The notes under the pieces: generated by a model
Database searches by the model: none
Seen by the model: the letters and a program-made list of their open reading frames with translations, nothing else
What the model was told of the DNA's origin: nothing
In this document: positions 8,880 through 19,429 of the stretch, piece by piece
Layout of the letters: every line of letters starts with the position of its first letter
How positions within the stretch are numbered: the stretch's first letter is position 1
Source of the DNA: Candidatus Bathyarchaeia archaeon
GTDB lineage: Archaea; Thermoproteota; CALKCG01; B24
Direction of reading: 5' to 3'
DNA: 64,000 nt
Assembly: GCA_038870975.1 (NCBI GenBank)
Contig: JAVZJD010000001.1
Location: forward strand, 512,001-576,000
Translations under genes and position numbers: made by a program

Positions 8880-10931
8880 TTAGAATGGTATGTAAAATCT
8901 CACCATTCCAGCGATGCAACCGATTAGCGTCACAATAGCTATGCCTGCTGCGAAGCCTCCTACGGCTGGTGGAATCCACTCCTCGTATAGCCTGCTTCCG
9001 CCTATTCTGATAACTATCGTTTTAACTATCCAGGCTGCTAGGAAGACCGACCAAAGGCAGTTCCAGAATCCTCCGAAGTTTGTAGCTATTAGAAAGCCTA
9101 CTGGCTCGAAGGGAAACCATAGGAATCTAGCGTGCAGAATTGCTAAGGCTGTCACGATTATGAAGCCAGCAGCTCCATATGTTAGGAATGTTTCATTTGA
9201 TGGAAGAGAATATACATAGTTTAGACAAGTCTCACCTCTATCCATACCTAGATACCACGTTGGCAAACCAGCCCTCGTACCGTAAAGGTTTGCAAGCCAA
9301 ACCCTCGACGCGAATATAGTGGGCACTGATATTACCATGGCCATAGCACTGACCCAGAAAGTGTTCTTCAAACTTGTCTTCGTAAGGTCTGCCATCTTCA
9401 AGTTTAAGGCTGTTGTAAAGAAGCCGTTTCCAAATCCAAACGAAACGACGTTTGAACCCCAGAATGCCCACTGGTGGCTCATGACGAAGCTTGCGGTAGG
9501 CTCTGGTGGACGGGTGGGCCACCTAATCCTCATCGTCCAAACAGGCCAGATGCGGCAGTCAGATGCAATAAATGCGCCGTGACCGAACAATACGAGCATA
9601 GCAAGCCACGTAGTGAAGCAGTTGAACGCTATCAGTAGTAGTGAGGCCAAGAAGTCTATGTAGAGGAGTTGACAACTTATGATGCACGCTATGATCGATG
9701 CTACTAACATAATGTACATGGACCTATAGCTCATCGCCTCATTCTTTTCCCAATCTGGTGCAACCCTACCGAAGGCGGCTTTGATTGTAGTCAAAAGATA
9801 CCCTCTATTTAAGTAGATCTGCATAACGGCTAGAGCTAAGAAACCCCCAACCATGCTGAATAGATTCCATCTAAATGGAGCATCCCATCCAGGCGTGTTC
9901 TGATAGCAACACATCCTTGCCCAACTCGGCATGCCCAGTACTCCCGTGTAATAGCCCATCATGTATGCCGCCTGGTCAAGTATCCACATCACGAAGGTCC
10001 AGAACCACACATTGAAGGATACGCTGAGTGGAACCAGTAGAGCCATAGCGAAAGCTATCATATCTTTGCTATAGCCATAGTAGCCTACAACCGACTGAGC
10101 GATTATGTCCGTCTCAGTTACATGAACAGCACCGGATGGACAAGCTTCACGCCACGCGTAGATGTCTGGGAACCATGGGAACGTCCTAGCCATGAAGATC
10201 GGTATCCCGTAGGCGAAGGCCAGTACGAAGCCTATCCAGAACGGCCCAGCAAACCTCTTAGCCCTACCCTCTCCACCAGATTGAACCATCCTTACGATCT
10301 CATAACCAGCAAGCGCCAGTGGAAATGGAACCCTTTCTACGTCGAACCATGCATGTCTGAAGATCAGTACGACTGAAGATGTGAAGAAGAAGAAAGTAAT
10401 ATATTGCAGGCTCATGACGAAGACGATGGGACCCCAGTGAGCCCAATTCGTAGCAACGCCCCCTCGAACCATAGCTTGAACTTCCTCTAATGGAGGCATC
10501 CACCAAATGCCTCTGAAAATACCACGGGGATCCGTCTGTTGGAAGAAGGCCGGTCTGATAGACCAGTCTGTCGCAAGATACGCGAAGCCAAGCGTACAAG
10601 ATGCAATATTCCCGACGGACCATAAGTATGTGAGCAGACTATTGCTAACCTTAAACCACTTTCGAAGCGAATACATCAGAGTCAGTAGAAGGTATGACCA
10701 CACCACGTAACCCGTAACCCTTGAAATCATGCCCAGATTGTAGCCACATTGCCAAGCACCAGGCAACATGCCCAGCAAGCAGAAGGACAGCATCGTCAGA
10801 AATGATGTGATGAAGGATAATATAGCCAAGGGGATCCACGGAACCTTTTCTTCTAGTTTCTCACTGCCCGTTTTCCCACCAAATTCAGGTCTATGCTGAA
10901 TATATATATGTTTTTCGCCCTCCTTTTTCAC
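8880..10931 (-). CDS. DUF6785/DUF6784-like multi-pass membrane protein (OPT-like), paralogue 1
   Basis: W.DVE.VPFP motif, HARFLWFPFEPVGF, IRIGGSRLYEE, C-terminal RFYIPF; many TM segments. Confidence 0.75.
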   Translation of the reverse strand: MKKEGEKHIYIQHRPEFGGKTGSEKLEEKVPWIPLAILSFITSFLTMLSFCLLGMLPGAWQCGYNLGMISRVTGYVVWSYLLLTLMYSLRKWFKVSNSLLTYLWSVGNIASCTLGFAYLATDWSIRPAFFQQTDPRGIFRGIWWMPPLEEVQAMVRGGVATNWAHWGPIVFVMSLQYITFFFFTSSVVLIFRHAWFDVERVPFPLALAGYEIVRMVQSGGEGRAKRFAGPFWIGFVLAFAYGIPIFMARTFPWFPDIYAWREACPSGAVHVTETDIIAQSVVGYYGYSKDMIAFAMALLVPLSVSFNVWFWTFVMWILDQAAYMMGYYTGVLGMPSWARMCCYQNTPGWDAPFRWNLFSMVGGFLALAVMQIYLNRGYLLTTIKAAFGRVAPDWEKNEAMSYRSMYIMLVASIIACIISCQLLYIDFLASLLLIAFNCFTTWLAMLVLFGHGAFIASDCRIWPVWTMRIRWPTRPPEPTASFVMSHQWAFWGSNVVSFGFGNGFFTTALNLKMADLTKTSLKNTFWVSAMAMVISVPTIFASRVWLANLYGTRAGLPTWYLGMDRGETCLNYVYSLPSNETFLTYGAAGFIIVTALAILHARFLWFPFEPVGFLIATNFGGFWNCLWSVFLAAWIVKTIVIRIGGSRLYEEWIPPAVGGFAAGIAIVTLIGCIAGMVRFYIPF

Positions 10932-11221
10932 ACGTATTTGGGTTTTATGTGTCGGAGGCTGTTTTCATCAAATTGAGAAGTCTAGCCGAGGCTGTTCACA
11001 TGGTTTTCAACTCTTATATCAGATCTAAGCCACGCCTCATCCAGAGAAGATCGTGGATGTCTCAGTCAAGGGGTAGTTGCATCCAAGCTCTATCATCAGC
11101 CCCTCTATGCGTTTAAGCCTCTCCACAAGCCCATCCTTCAAATACCTTCTAAACGTCATGTATCCTATCAAATCATACAATGGAAGTAAAACTTCAAAAT
11201 AGATGGCTTCTAAAAAGCTTG

Positions 11222-11278
11222 AAAAGAAAAAATAGGGGTTTTTGCGGAGGAGACTTCACCACACAAATTTTTTATAAC
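11222..11278 (+). repeat. Dispersed repeat (left-arm motif), copy 2
   Basis: aaaagaaaaaataggggtttttgcggaggagacttcaccacacaaattttttataa; direct repeat of 8496-8550. Confidence 0.8.
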
Positions 11279-11440
11279 TTTATCTGACCATGAAGTTAAA
11301 AATGAAAAAATTGAACCTATTTTTTATTTTATTGTTTTTTTCTTGACTTTTTTTGGAAAAAAGGATATTTTTTAAAGATTTCTTATTTAGGATTATTCAG
11401 CTGAGGTAATGTTTAAATCTAACCTTTTAAATCTAAAATT

Positions 11441-11839
11441 TTGACCTCAATGCTGATTGAGAGAATAGTAGAAGAAGGAGTAAAAGCTCTAGGTAGACAT
11501 ATAATAGTAGAGGCCTTCGACTGCGATGTCGAGACTTTAAACGACACTGAAACACTAAGGTCGATGCTTCTAAACGCTGTTAAAGCGGCTAATATGACGG
11601 TTTGTGGAGAAGTATTCCATGAGTTTAGCCCACATGGCGTTACAGGAGTTGTCGTAGTTAAAGAGTCTCATATATCGATACATACGTGGCCAGAGTATTG
11701 TTATGCGTCTATAGACATATTCACGTGTGGCAACTATTCAAATCCATGGAAGGCATACCAACACATAGTTGAAACTCTTAAACCTAAGAGGATTCAAGTG
11801 ATGGAGCTGAAGAGGGGGGTGCTAAAACCGGGAGGTTGA
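11441..11839 (+). CDS. speD: S-adenosylmethionine decarboxylase proenzyme
   Basis: LGRHII, HEFSPHGVTG, ESHISIHTWPE self-cleavage motif, DIFTCG. Confidence 0.93.
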   Translation: MTSMLIERIVEEGVKALGRHIIVEAFDCDVETLNDTETLRSMLLNAVKAANMTVCGEVFHEFSPHGVTGVVVVKESHISIHTWPEYCYASIDIFTCGNYSNPWKAYQHIVETLKPKRIQVMELKRGVLKPGG

Positions 11840-11842
11840 GAA

Positions 11843-12757
11843 GTGGGAATTAAAAATAAGCGAATAACGTACAACTGGTTTGTAGAGATGCAAGCACCTG
11901 GAAGCGCCCACCTATACAACATACTTAGTGTATATTACGTAGGTTCAACTAGATACCAAGATGTCTCCATTTTAGAGCTTTCAGAGCTTGGAAAGACGTT
12001 AATTCTCGATGGAAAAGTGCAGTCTTCAATTAGAGATGAGCATGTTTACCATGAAGCCCTCGTTCAATTAGCCATGTTGACCCATCCAAACCCTACGAGA
12101 GTGTTAGTCATAGGCGGTGGCGAAGGCGCTACTGTAAGAGAGGTTTTAAAGCATAACACCGTGAGAGAAGTCGTCATGGTCGACATAGATCAAGAACTCA
12201 TAGAAATCATTAAACAGCAGTTTCCAGAACTCCATCAAGGCTCTTTCAACGACCCCAGAGTAAAACTAGTCTTCGACGATGGAAGAAAATTTGTCGAAAA
12301 ATGTGATGACGGCAGATTTGATGTGGTCGTATGCGACCTCACAGACCCATTAAAAGGCGGACCATCTGTATACCTTTATACTGTCGAATTCTATAGGGAA
12401 GTGTCTAGAGTTTTAAGTGGAGATGGAATAATGGTTACTCAAGCTGAAAACGTTAAATCCGCTGGCGAATGTTTTCAATCGATTTATAAGACGATTAAAC
12501 AAGTGTTCCCCATCACCGTGGCCTACACCATGTTTATAAGGTCTTTCGACACAGAGTGGGGATTTGTCATAGGCTCTAAACGTTTTAACCCATTTGATTT
12601 AAACGAGGAAGAGGAGGAGAAACGTATAAAGGAAAGAGGGGTAAGCCTCAAATTTTACGAGCCTAGGATTAAGAAGAGGCTTTTCACACTTCCAAAAGGC
12701 TTCTTAGACGGCGGAAGAATATCGACAGACTCAAATCCAATCTATGAGCCTGTTTAA
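11843..12757 (+). CDS. speE: Polyamine aminopropyltransferase (spermidine synthase)
   Basis: LDGKVQS..DEHVYHE, VLVIGGGEGAT.REVL, DLTDP; operon with speD. Confidence 0.93.
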   Translation: MGIKNKRITYNWFVEMQAPGSAHLYNILSVYYVGSTRYQDVSILELSELGKTLILDGKVQSSIRDEHVYHEALVQLAMLTHPNPTRVLVIGGGEGATVREVLKHNTVREVVMVDIDQELIEIIKQQFPELHQGSFNDPRVKLVFDDGRKFVEKCDDGRFDVVVCDLTDPLKGGPSVYLYTVEFYREVSRVLSGDGIMVTQAENVKSAGECFQSIYKTIKQVFPITVAYTMFIRSFDTEWGFVIGSKRFNPFDLNEEEEEKRIKERGVSLKFYEPRIKKRLFTLPKGFLDGGRISTDSNPIYEPV

Positions 12758-12853
12758 ACGGTTTTCTTCCCTAATTCTTACTGTAGTAAGAGATGTGACA
12801 CATCCTTTAAATTTAGAATCCAATCTTAACGATTTTTAAAGTCTACGTTTACA

Positions 12854-13351
12854 CTATATGAGCCCGAGGCTTTTCATAGTTTTCCAGAAAATGTCTCCAA
12901 CATGGTGGATGTTTTTAAAGCCTCGGCCTGTAGACATCTTGGAAGCTGTGTCGGAGGATATCAAGCTACGGGCTATCGCTAATATTTTCCCATACTTTTC
13001 ATCGACGACCGCTACTATACATCCTTCTTTAAAAGACCCTTCGATTTTGACGACGCCAGGCATCATTACATCGGCGCCGTTTACTATGTGTGGAATCGCC
13101 CCCATGTCAACAGTAACTTTTGGAGGTGAGGTTATTCCCTTTTCCACGCATATAATGGTTGGATATACTTCTCCATTAATTTGTATGAATAAAGGTAGAC
13201 CGTCTATTATGTATATTTGCCGTTTTTTATCGACTCTCACAGCCTCCCATGAGGCTTTCCGATTAAAGTCCAAGTTGAAAAGCTGTTTAATAAGCCGTGT
13301 AAGCTCTCTAGTGCTTCTAATGTTCAACCTACACCGGTATATTTTAGACAT
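12854..13351 (-). CDS. PUA-domain RNA-binding protein (DUF1947 + PUA)
   Basis: VTVDMGAIPHIVNGADVMMPGV and KNIHHVGD motifs. Confidence 0.85.
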   Translation of the reverse strand: MSKIYRCRLNIRSTRELTRLIKQLFNLDFNRKASWEAVRVDKKRQIYIIDGLPLFIQINGEVYPTIICVEKGITSPPKVTVDMGAIPHIVNGADVMMPGVVKIEGSFKEGCIVAVVDEKYGKILAIARSLISSDTASKMSTGRGFKNIHHVGDIFWKTMKSLGLI

Positions 13352-13362
13352 TTAAACACCAT

Positions 13363-14496
13363 CTAACAAACTTTAATAAGCGTATAATTCCTAGACCCCA
13401 GACCAAGCTTTTCCGCCATCTCAAGCATAAATGCCCAGTCTACTCTGGGATACAGCATTTTAAATTTATCTGAGCCTGGGTTTACGGCTCCAACTTCATA
13501 CGCCTGTGAGCCAGGTATAGCTGGAGCCGAGTTTACGAGGTCTATAGATGCTTTATCTATAGCAACTATGTCTTTAGAAGCAAGTATTCCTATATCTGGA
13601 ACAATAGGTAAGTCAGACCAGCCTAATTGTTGATGCTCACAGTCACATTTCCAATCGACCTCTAGGAGAAAGTTCACGTTTAGAATCTTGTTGAAACCCA
13701 TAGCTTTAAGAACCCCACACACAGCATCCAATACTCTAAGCTGAATCTCAGATGGATCTGAGATTCTTGTAGACTTTAAAGCTTTAACGGAACATATGGC
13801 TTGACATGCCTTGCATCCGTAGCACATATTTTGATTTAGCACAGCCATACAGTTGACCATTTGTATGGCTTTTACAGGGCAGATTTCAACACACTTACCA
13901 CATCCATCGCACAGCGTGGGGTCGACAGACGGCTTATCATAATAATGGATGAAGTATTTTGTCTCCTTACCTACGCAACCAACCCCTATGTTTTTAATCG
14001 CACCGCTGAAAGCAGTCATCTCATGTCCTTTAAAATGTGTTAAATTCAGTATGAAGTCAAAGTCCAGAAGGGATTTTGGTATCGATACCTCCTTAAGTTT
14101 AAACCCTTCAACTACAACCTTGACACAGTCTAATCCAAGTTCACCATCCATTATGAGTATTTCAGCACCCAATGTCTCCTTAGAGAAGCCGTGCATTAAA
14201 GCCACTTCGAGGTATTTTTTAGCCGTACCCCTAGGGTCTAGTAGTCCCAATCCTGTCGTTTCAACAACCGTAGGTTTAGCTCCCAGCTTCTTAACGTAAT
14301 CGACGGCTGTTCTAACATAAAAAGACCTTAAGTATCGTGTAGTTAAAGGTGCACCCATGTGAGTTTTAACGGCGATTCTATCGCCCGACTTCACAAGATT
14401 CGGAAGACCTACCCTATCCATAAGAAGCTCAAGTTTTTTAACAAGACTCTCCCCACTGTTTCGAGCCCTCGCGTCAACCATGAAGACACTAGACAA
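13363..14496 (-). CDS. DUF362 domain protein with 2x[4Fe-4S] ferredoxin domain
   Basis: AVKTHMG, THFKGH..F.GAIKNIG.GC, CDGCGKCVEICP, CYGCKACQAIC, CDC, D.VAIDKAS. Confidence 0.85.
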   Translation of the reverse strand: MSSVFMVDARARNSGESLVKKLELLMDRVGLPNLVKSGDRIAVKTHMGAPLTTRYLRSFYVRTAVDYVKKLGAKPTVVETTGLGLLDPRGTAKKYLEVALMHGFSKETLGAEILIMDGELGLDCVKVVVEGFKLKEVSIPKSLLDFDFILNLTHFKGHEMTAFSGAIKNIGVGCVGKETKYFIHYYDKPSVDPTLCDGCGKCVEICPVKAIQMVNCMAVLNQNMCYGCKACQAICSVKALKSTRISDPSEIQLRVLDAVCGVLKAMGFNKILNVNFLLEVDWKCDCEHQQLGWSDLPIVPDIGILASKDIVAIDKASIDLVNSAPAIPGSQAYEVGAVNPGSDKFKMLYPRVDWAFMLEMAEKLGLGSRNYTLIKVC

Positions 14497-14629
14497 GTCG
14501 ACACCTTCCGATAAGATAACCGACTAGGAAGACTTAACTTTTATCGTTTGGCACGAAAATTGAAGGAGTATAAATGGATGTATCTAAGTTATCGTTAAAG
14601 CATAAAATTTATATGTTTAAGCATCTCAA

Positions 14630-14884
14630 ATGAATTGTGTCTATATGCCTAGACGTACAACAGTATTGCTGGATGAAGAAGTGTATGAAGAACTGGTGAG
14701 GGAAAGTCTACGGAAGTATGGAACGGTTAAGGCTTTATCTAAAGTCTTAAACGAAATTCTCCTCAACTCTATTAGAGGAAGAAATGAACTGTTTAAATTG
14801 ATATACTCTGAAAAAGTTACGGAAACAACCGTTAAAGAGTTTGAGGAATTCCGCAGAAAATTGTCGAAAAGGTTAGAATCATGA
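14630..14884 (+). CDS. RHH/CopG-type antitoxin (VapB-like)
   Basis: RRTTVLLDEEVYEEL beta-alpha-alpha pattern; ATGA overlap with the PIN gene. Confidence 0.75.
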   Translation: MNCVYMPRRTTVLLDEEVYEELVRESLRKYGTVKALSKVLNEILLNSIRGRNELFKLIYSEKVTETTVKEFEEFRRKLSKRLES

Positions 14885-15318
14885 TAATAGACACTACATA
14901 TCTCTTACCACTCGCTAGAATTCGTATAGATGTTGATTTGTTAAGGGCTGTTGCTGAGGGAAAAGTTGAGTTAAAGTTAGAGGATATCGTTATTAACAGC
15001 ATCTCCATTTTCGAGCTACAAGCTAAAGCCGCAAAATTAAACGTACCAGTAGACTATGTAGTTGAAGCTGTGAGAGTCATTCTTAAAGCATTTAAAATTG
15101 AGGATTTCCATAAACCTGAGATAATAAGAATTGCCAACGATCTAAGAGGGTTTATACCAGACTACGTAGACTGTGTAATAGTTGCAACTTCAATCTCACT
15201 GAAGGATAATCTGCTAACTGAGGATTCACTGCTACTTTCTCTGAAGGAAGAGATAGAAGAAAGATACGGGATAAGAATATTTAAGTTCAACGAGCTAATG
15301 AAGAAAATAGGTGCGTAA
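14881..15318 (+). CDS. PIN-domain toxin (VapC-like)
   Basis: IIDTTYL, SIFEL, DYVDCVIVAT, LLTED. Confidence 0.85.
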   Translation: MIIDTTYLLPLARIRIDVDLLRAVAEGKVELKLEDIVINSISIFELQAKAAKLNVPVDYVVEAVRVILKAFKIEDFHKPEIIRIANDLRGFIPDYVDCVIVATSISLKDNLLTEDSLLLSLKEEIEERYGIRIFKFNELMKKIGA

Positions 15319-15384
15319 TTGCCCGGTTGAATTCACACCAACTTTAAAAATCAGTTTATCGAATAAAACCCGTAGTGTACCAAC

Positions 15385-16065
15385 GTGGAGAGAAGACAAT
15401 TGAAAGTGTTAATGGCTATTCTGTTAGTAATTACGATTGTACATGTAATTTTTAGAAGTTTTTCGAAGGATAGATGTTATCAGGACGTTTCAGTATACAA
15501 ATGTAGGAATTTAATCAATTATGCTTTAACTGAGGGAACTCCGAAGTCCCATAGAGATGATAGAGCTGATGAATTTGTACATAAGATCCAGTGGGATAAA
15601 ACCAGCGTTGAAGAGCTGAATTTCTCAACAGTAGGTGAAGCTTTAAGCTGGGTTCATGAGAACATCATCTACTGCTACGATGAGTTCTCCTATGGATGCT
15701 TAGAAGCTTGGGCAACTCCAGAAGCAACACTAACATTTAAAGTAGTCAATGGCTCCGAGGGACTCTATGGAGATTGTGAAGATTTAGCCATACTGTTAGC
15801 GTCTTTAATAAAGTTTCACACGTTGGAATTCAAACCTGAAGAAGACGATGCCTATGTGAGGTGTGGTTTCGTAGAGGTGGAGCCTGGAGTGTTTGGATTA
15901 CATGCTTGGGTGGTATTTTACGATGGAAGTGAACATAAGTGGTATGAGATAGATCCCACGAAAAACCATATGGAGTGTATACCGTATCCGAAAAATGGTA
16001 CGCTATGGTTTAACGACATGGGAGTGTTCGGTTTTCTACCGGGGTATTACCCGGAGTGTTATTAA
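15385..16065 (+). CDS. Secreted transglutaminase-like cysteine protease
   Basis: N-terminal TM; WVHENI.Y..D, W.TP.ETL, GDCEDLA, HAWV, IDPT catalytic triad. Confidence 0.8.
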   Translation: MERRQLKVLMAILLVITIVHVIFRSFSKDRCYQDVSVYKCRNLINYALTEGTPKSHRDDRADEFVHKIQWDKTSVEELNFSTVGEALSWVHENIIYCYDEFSYGCLEAWATPEATLTFKVVNGSEGLYGDCEDLAILLASLIKFHTLEFKPEEDDAYVRCGFVEVEPGVFGLHAWVVFYDGSEHKWYEIDPTKNHMECIPYPKNGTLWFNDMGVFGFLPGYYPECY

Positions 16066-16177
16066 CTATTTCTTCATCCTATGGATTTGCACTGTTGTCG
16101 TCTTTAACTAGAATTATCCATCTTCACAAGGTCTTGATTTACCAAAAAGTTTTAAGTGAATCCTTCAAGGAGAATAT

Positions 16178-16804
16178 TTGAAGGGTGATTTTATTTTGAA
16201 GAAAATGTTTTTGGGAGGTATACTTATCTCGGTAATTGGACTAATCATCTTAGCAGTCGGTCTACCCATAGGTTCTTCAGAAGCACCTATAGAAATGGAG
16301 ACGTGGGAAATCACTTGGTTTAGGATATTTTCAGTCCCCACTGAAATATCGCCCCTCAGTAATGTTGGAATTCCCGTAAATGAGTCTACTCTTCCAGCTA
16401 ACTTCGACTTTATTATGAGCGACCCAGACTTTGCAGTATATACAGGCTCCCAAGATGAAATAGGTCTTATAGCTAAGACGAAGATATATGTTCCTAATAG
16501 TGGAAAAGCCCGTTTTGAATTAGGTAGTGATGATGGGAGTGCTCTCTTTATAGATGGAGAACTTACAATAGACAATTGGGGGCTTCATGGCTACGAACCA
16601 GTGTCGAAAATAGTTGACTTAGAGAGCGGGGTTCATACACTGGAAATATGGTGGTTTGAATGGCATGGAGCAGCCGTGCTGAGTTTTAAAATGGATGAGA
16701 AGGTTACTTTTGGCGACCCTTGGTATGGTCGAGCAGTGGGTGGAGCTATTATCATCGCCGGACTTACCATAATGATAATTTCTAGACCTAGGAAGAGAAA
16801 GTAG
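16178..16804 (+). CDS. PA14-domain membrane protein, paralogue 1
   Basis: TM - GSDDGSALFIDG..IDNWG.H, G.HTLEI.WFE..G - TM, basic tail. Confidence 0.8.
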   Translation: MKGDFILKKMFLGGILISVIGLIILAVGLPIGSSEAPIEMETWEITWFRIFSVPTEISPLSNVGIPVNESTLPANFDFIMSDPDFAVYTGSQDEIGLIAKTKIYVPNSGKARFELGSDDGSALFIDGELTIDNWGLHGYEPVSKIVDLESGVHTLEIWWFEWHGAAVLSFKMDEKVTFGDPWYGRAVGGAIIIAGLTIMIISRPRKRK

Positions 16805-16857
16805 AAAATTATCTTCACTAAGCCCTTTTTACAATTTTTAAATCGCCTCTATTTAAG

Positions 16858-17445
16858 CTACATTTTCTTAGGTTTTAGTAGGAACCCCAATAATGCTAGA
16901 ATTATCCCTATGAATACTAATGCTCCACCTCCCGTCATTATACTCATAGCTTCCTGTTGCCCTGATACTGCCATGTTGAATAGTGCAGCGGGATCATCTT
17001 CTATTAAAACCTGGTAGTATTCGATTTCAAGTATATGTCTTCCAGCAGTTAAATATGCTTCGATGGATTGTTGAACGTTTGGATCTGGACATGGGAGATT
17101 CAACAAAACATCGCCATCTAGAAAGAGCGTTATATCGCCGTCGTCTCCTCCTATGGTGAATTGAACCGTCACATCTCTTGGAACATTTACTTCTAAGCGC
17201 GCTTTAAACCCTATGGGATCTTCCCTATAGGAGTATTCGAGTGGGTCGTAGCTGAAGATCGTTGGGAATCTACCAGTCGCTATAGCATCGCCCCAAACAC
17301 CGTAAGTATTCTGCATAGAGTACCAAGTGACTTGCCATTCACCAGCTTCTATACCGAATTGTTGACTGAGTTGAAGGCCAAAACCAATTATTACAGCGCC
17401 TAAAACTATTAAAACTAAACCGGGTATTAGGATAGATTTACGCAT
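16858..17445 (-). CDS. PA14-domain membrane protein, paralogue 2
   Basis: TM - W.VTWYS..YG.WGD, GGDDG..LFLDG, LTAGRHILEIEYYQ - TM. Confidence 0.75.
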   Translation of the reverse strand: MRKSILIPGLVLIVLGAVIIGFGLQLSQQFGIEAGEWQVTWYSMQNTYGVWGDAIATGRFPTIFSYDPLEYSYREDPIGFKARLEVNVPRDVTVQFTIGGDDGDITLFLDGDVLLNLPCPDPNVQQSIEAYLTAGRHILEIEYYQVLIEDDPAALFNMAVSGQQEAMSIMTGGGALVFIGIILALLGFLLKPKKM

Positions 17446-17700
17446 TCAAAAGTAGATTTAAACGATAGTATATTTAAAATTAACGGAAGGTAGAAATATT
17501 TTATAGAGGCTTTTGATAGTTTCCTTAATCTCTCTTATCGGAGGCTTCTAATAATCACGATAGCTTTAGCCATGGTAGTAGCTTTTACGGGTGCTTTGAA
17601 GTGGTAAACTCCTATGATGGTGGAAATGTTAAGCCCAATACAACTTTGAATGAAGTTAGACTTGAAAGGACTACAATACGATATGTACCAAGGGGAGTAA

Positions 17701-18414
17701 TTAAGATGAAGTGTTCAGGTTTTTACGTATGAGCTCTGTTTCGTTCAGTACGACTTTACACACTTTTCTCATCAAATCCATAACCTCATGCCCTTTCTTT
17801 TCAATACCAATCCATCGATTAAACATGCCCTCTAGAGTGATAACCCAGGTTATATTCTCTGGAGACTTGTAGAATTCAACCATGCCTTTCACTGCGGCAT
17901 TTTCATCTCTTGCAAAAGGCTGATACTCTATTGGAAGCGATAAGAGTGAGATTGAAAACTTGTCGGGCTTAACAGACCTTATTAGAGACATTATCTCAGT
18001 ATTTTGGTTGAGTTTATCTACAAGATTACTTGATGCTTTAAACTCAGGGATTAAACTCCTCATTTTCTCTAAGTAGGGAGATGATGTGAAAAACCAGTTT
18101 TTACGTATAAAGCCTCTACGTACAATGTTGCATTCTAGTGGTTTGAGCTTCCGGTATAGTTCAGCCTCTAAGCTGCCCATAGATTCCTTATTGACGTACT
18201 CTAAAACTCCAGAAACTATCCATATTCTATCGAAGAATCCTACGGTTCTAGATGATATTAAAAGCCTAGTATAACCGAGGGCTTTCTTAGGAGTACAGAC
18301 GACGAGGCCTTGATAGTCTTTCCAATCCTTAATGTAGTCTTTGAAGAGTTGAACTAGGAATGGGGTTGTCGCAGAGATTTTCTTCTTACGTCCCCTATGC
18401 TTCTTGAAAACCAA
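17701..18414 (-). CDS. Hypothetical protein
   Basis: 237-aa ORF with GAGGTG upstream; no recognised motif. Confidence 0.55.
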   Translation of the reverse strand: MVFKKHRGRKKKISATTPFLVQLFKDYIKDWKDYQGLVVCTPKKALGYTRLLISSRTVGFFDRIWIVSGVLEYVNKESMGSLEAELYRKLKPLECNIVRRGFIRKNWFFTSSPYLEKMRSLIPEFKASSNLVDKLNQNTEIMSLIRSVKPDKFSISLLSLPIEYQPFARDENAAVKGMVEFYKSPENITWVITLEGMFNRWIGIEKKGHEVMDLMRKVCKVVLNETELIRKNLNTSS

Positions 18415-18727
18415 TTATTCCACCTCTTTAACAACCTAGATGGAAAGTGTAACAGTACACTAAAATAGTTGTTCCGAGTTAGATATTTTAAAGTTTAAAG
18501 TTCCAAATGTTGGATAGACTTAGAACTTTAATAGCCTAAAGAGGTGATGTGGTTTAGACTCGGAAAAACCTAGGAGAAGGCCTAGAAGGAGAAGAGCTAA
18601 GACGCGTCGTGAGAAAGTACAAGCCATAGCTCTATCTATTCTGAAAGCCCTATATTCGGGTCTCAAGTGGTCGGGGCTGTGGCTTAAAGAGTTCTTCCGG
18701 AGGGCTGGACTCGTCGCAGTCAATCCT

Positions 18728-19429
18728 TTGAGAGCTTTCACGGAAATAAGTGAAAACCCAGATATAGGCGGCCCCATAGCAGTTCTAGTAATCCTTATAA
18801 TAGCTGATTTAGTTAACAGGCAACTTTTCATGCTTTTTAAGACGGACATATTGATCTTAAAGGGCTCCAACGTGTTAGAGCCTTACAAGTCTACTCTAAT
18901 GGATACTGCAACTGCTACACAGATAGCCGTGATGTCCCTAATAAACTATGGCTACTACATCCTTAGGAATAGTATCATATACTATATAATGGCTTGGATA
19001 CTTAAAACAGAAAAGCACTTTACCAGTATTCTAATGGCTACTGCATACGCTATGTTCACTTATGTACTCGGCAAAGTTATAGAGGCTCTAGCCATACTGT
19101 TTGTAATCCCCCCGTTGACAGTGGTAGTAGCAGTAGACACTTCCGTTGCTATGCTTTCATCATCTATAACACTCGTCTTGATAAACATAGGGAATATCGA
19201 AGCCGCTAATGCTATGACTAATACGTATAGAGAGGCTTGGGAGGGTCAACTAGCACCCAGAGTCCTCTCAAACATGGCATATGCCTTCTCAATATGGAGT
19301 TGTTTAATATGTACAATTGCTCTCTACGTTATGTTTAAAATGCCTAAGAGCAGAGCGATAATAGCTGGAATAACCCCTATAATCGTTGACGCAGTTCTTA
19401 GAATCGTTTTACTTGGAAGATTCTTTTAA
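18728..19429 (+). CDS. Yip1-like membrane protein (frame is open upstream to 18548)
   Basis: NPLRAFTEISENPD.GGPI signature of Yip1 N-termini; about 5 TM segments. Confidence 0.65.
   Translation: MRAFTEISENPDIGGPIAVLVILIIADLVNRQLFMLFKTDILILKGSNVLEPYKSTLMDTATATQIAVMSLINYGYYILRNSIIYYIMAWILKTEKHFTSILMATAYAMFTYVLGKVIEALAILFVIPPLTVVVAVDTSVAMLSSSITLVLINIGNIEAANAMTNTYREAWEGQLAPRVLSNMAYAFSIWSCLICTIALYVMFKMPKSRAIIAGITPIIVDAVLRIVLLGRFF

Noticed and set aside
8790-8880. HDIGK peptide on the + strand suggesting an HD/Cas3 fragment
   Set aside because: A five-residue match in a short frame running into the antisense gene end, with no other support.
11290-11440. Very AT-rich tract as a replication origin
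   Set aside because: No ORB-like repeats seen; better explained as the speD promoter region.
12858-13355. Long antisense ORFs (for example 12858..13355, 44152..44703, 42647..43108, 55701..56129, 63208..63636)
   Set aside because: Shadows of well-supported genes on the opposite strand.
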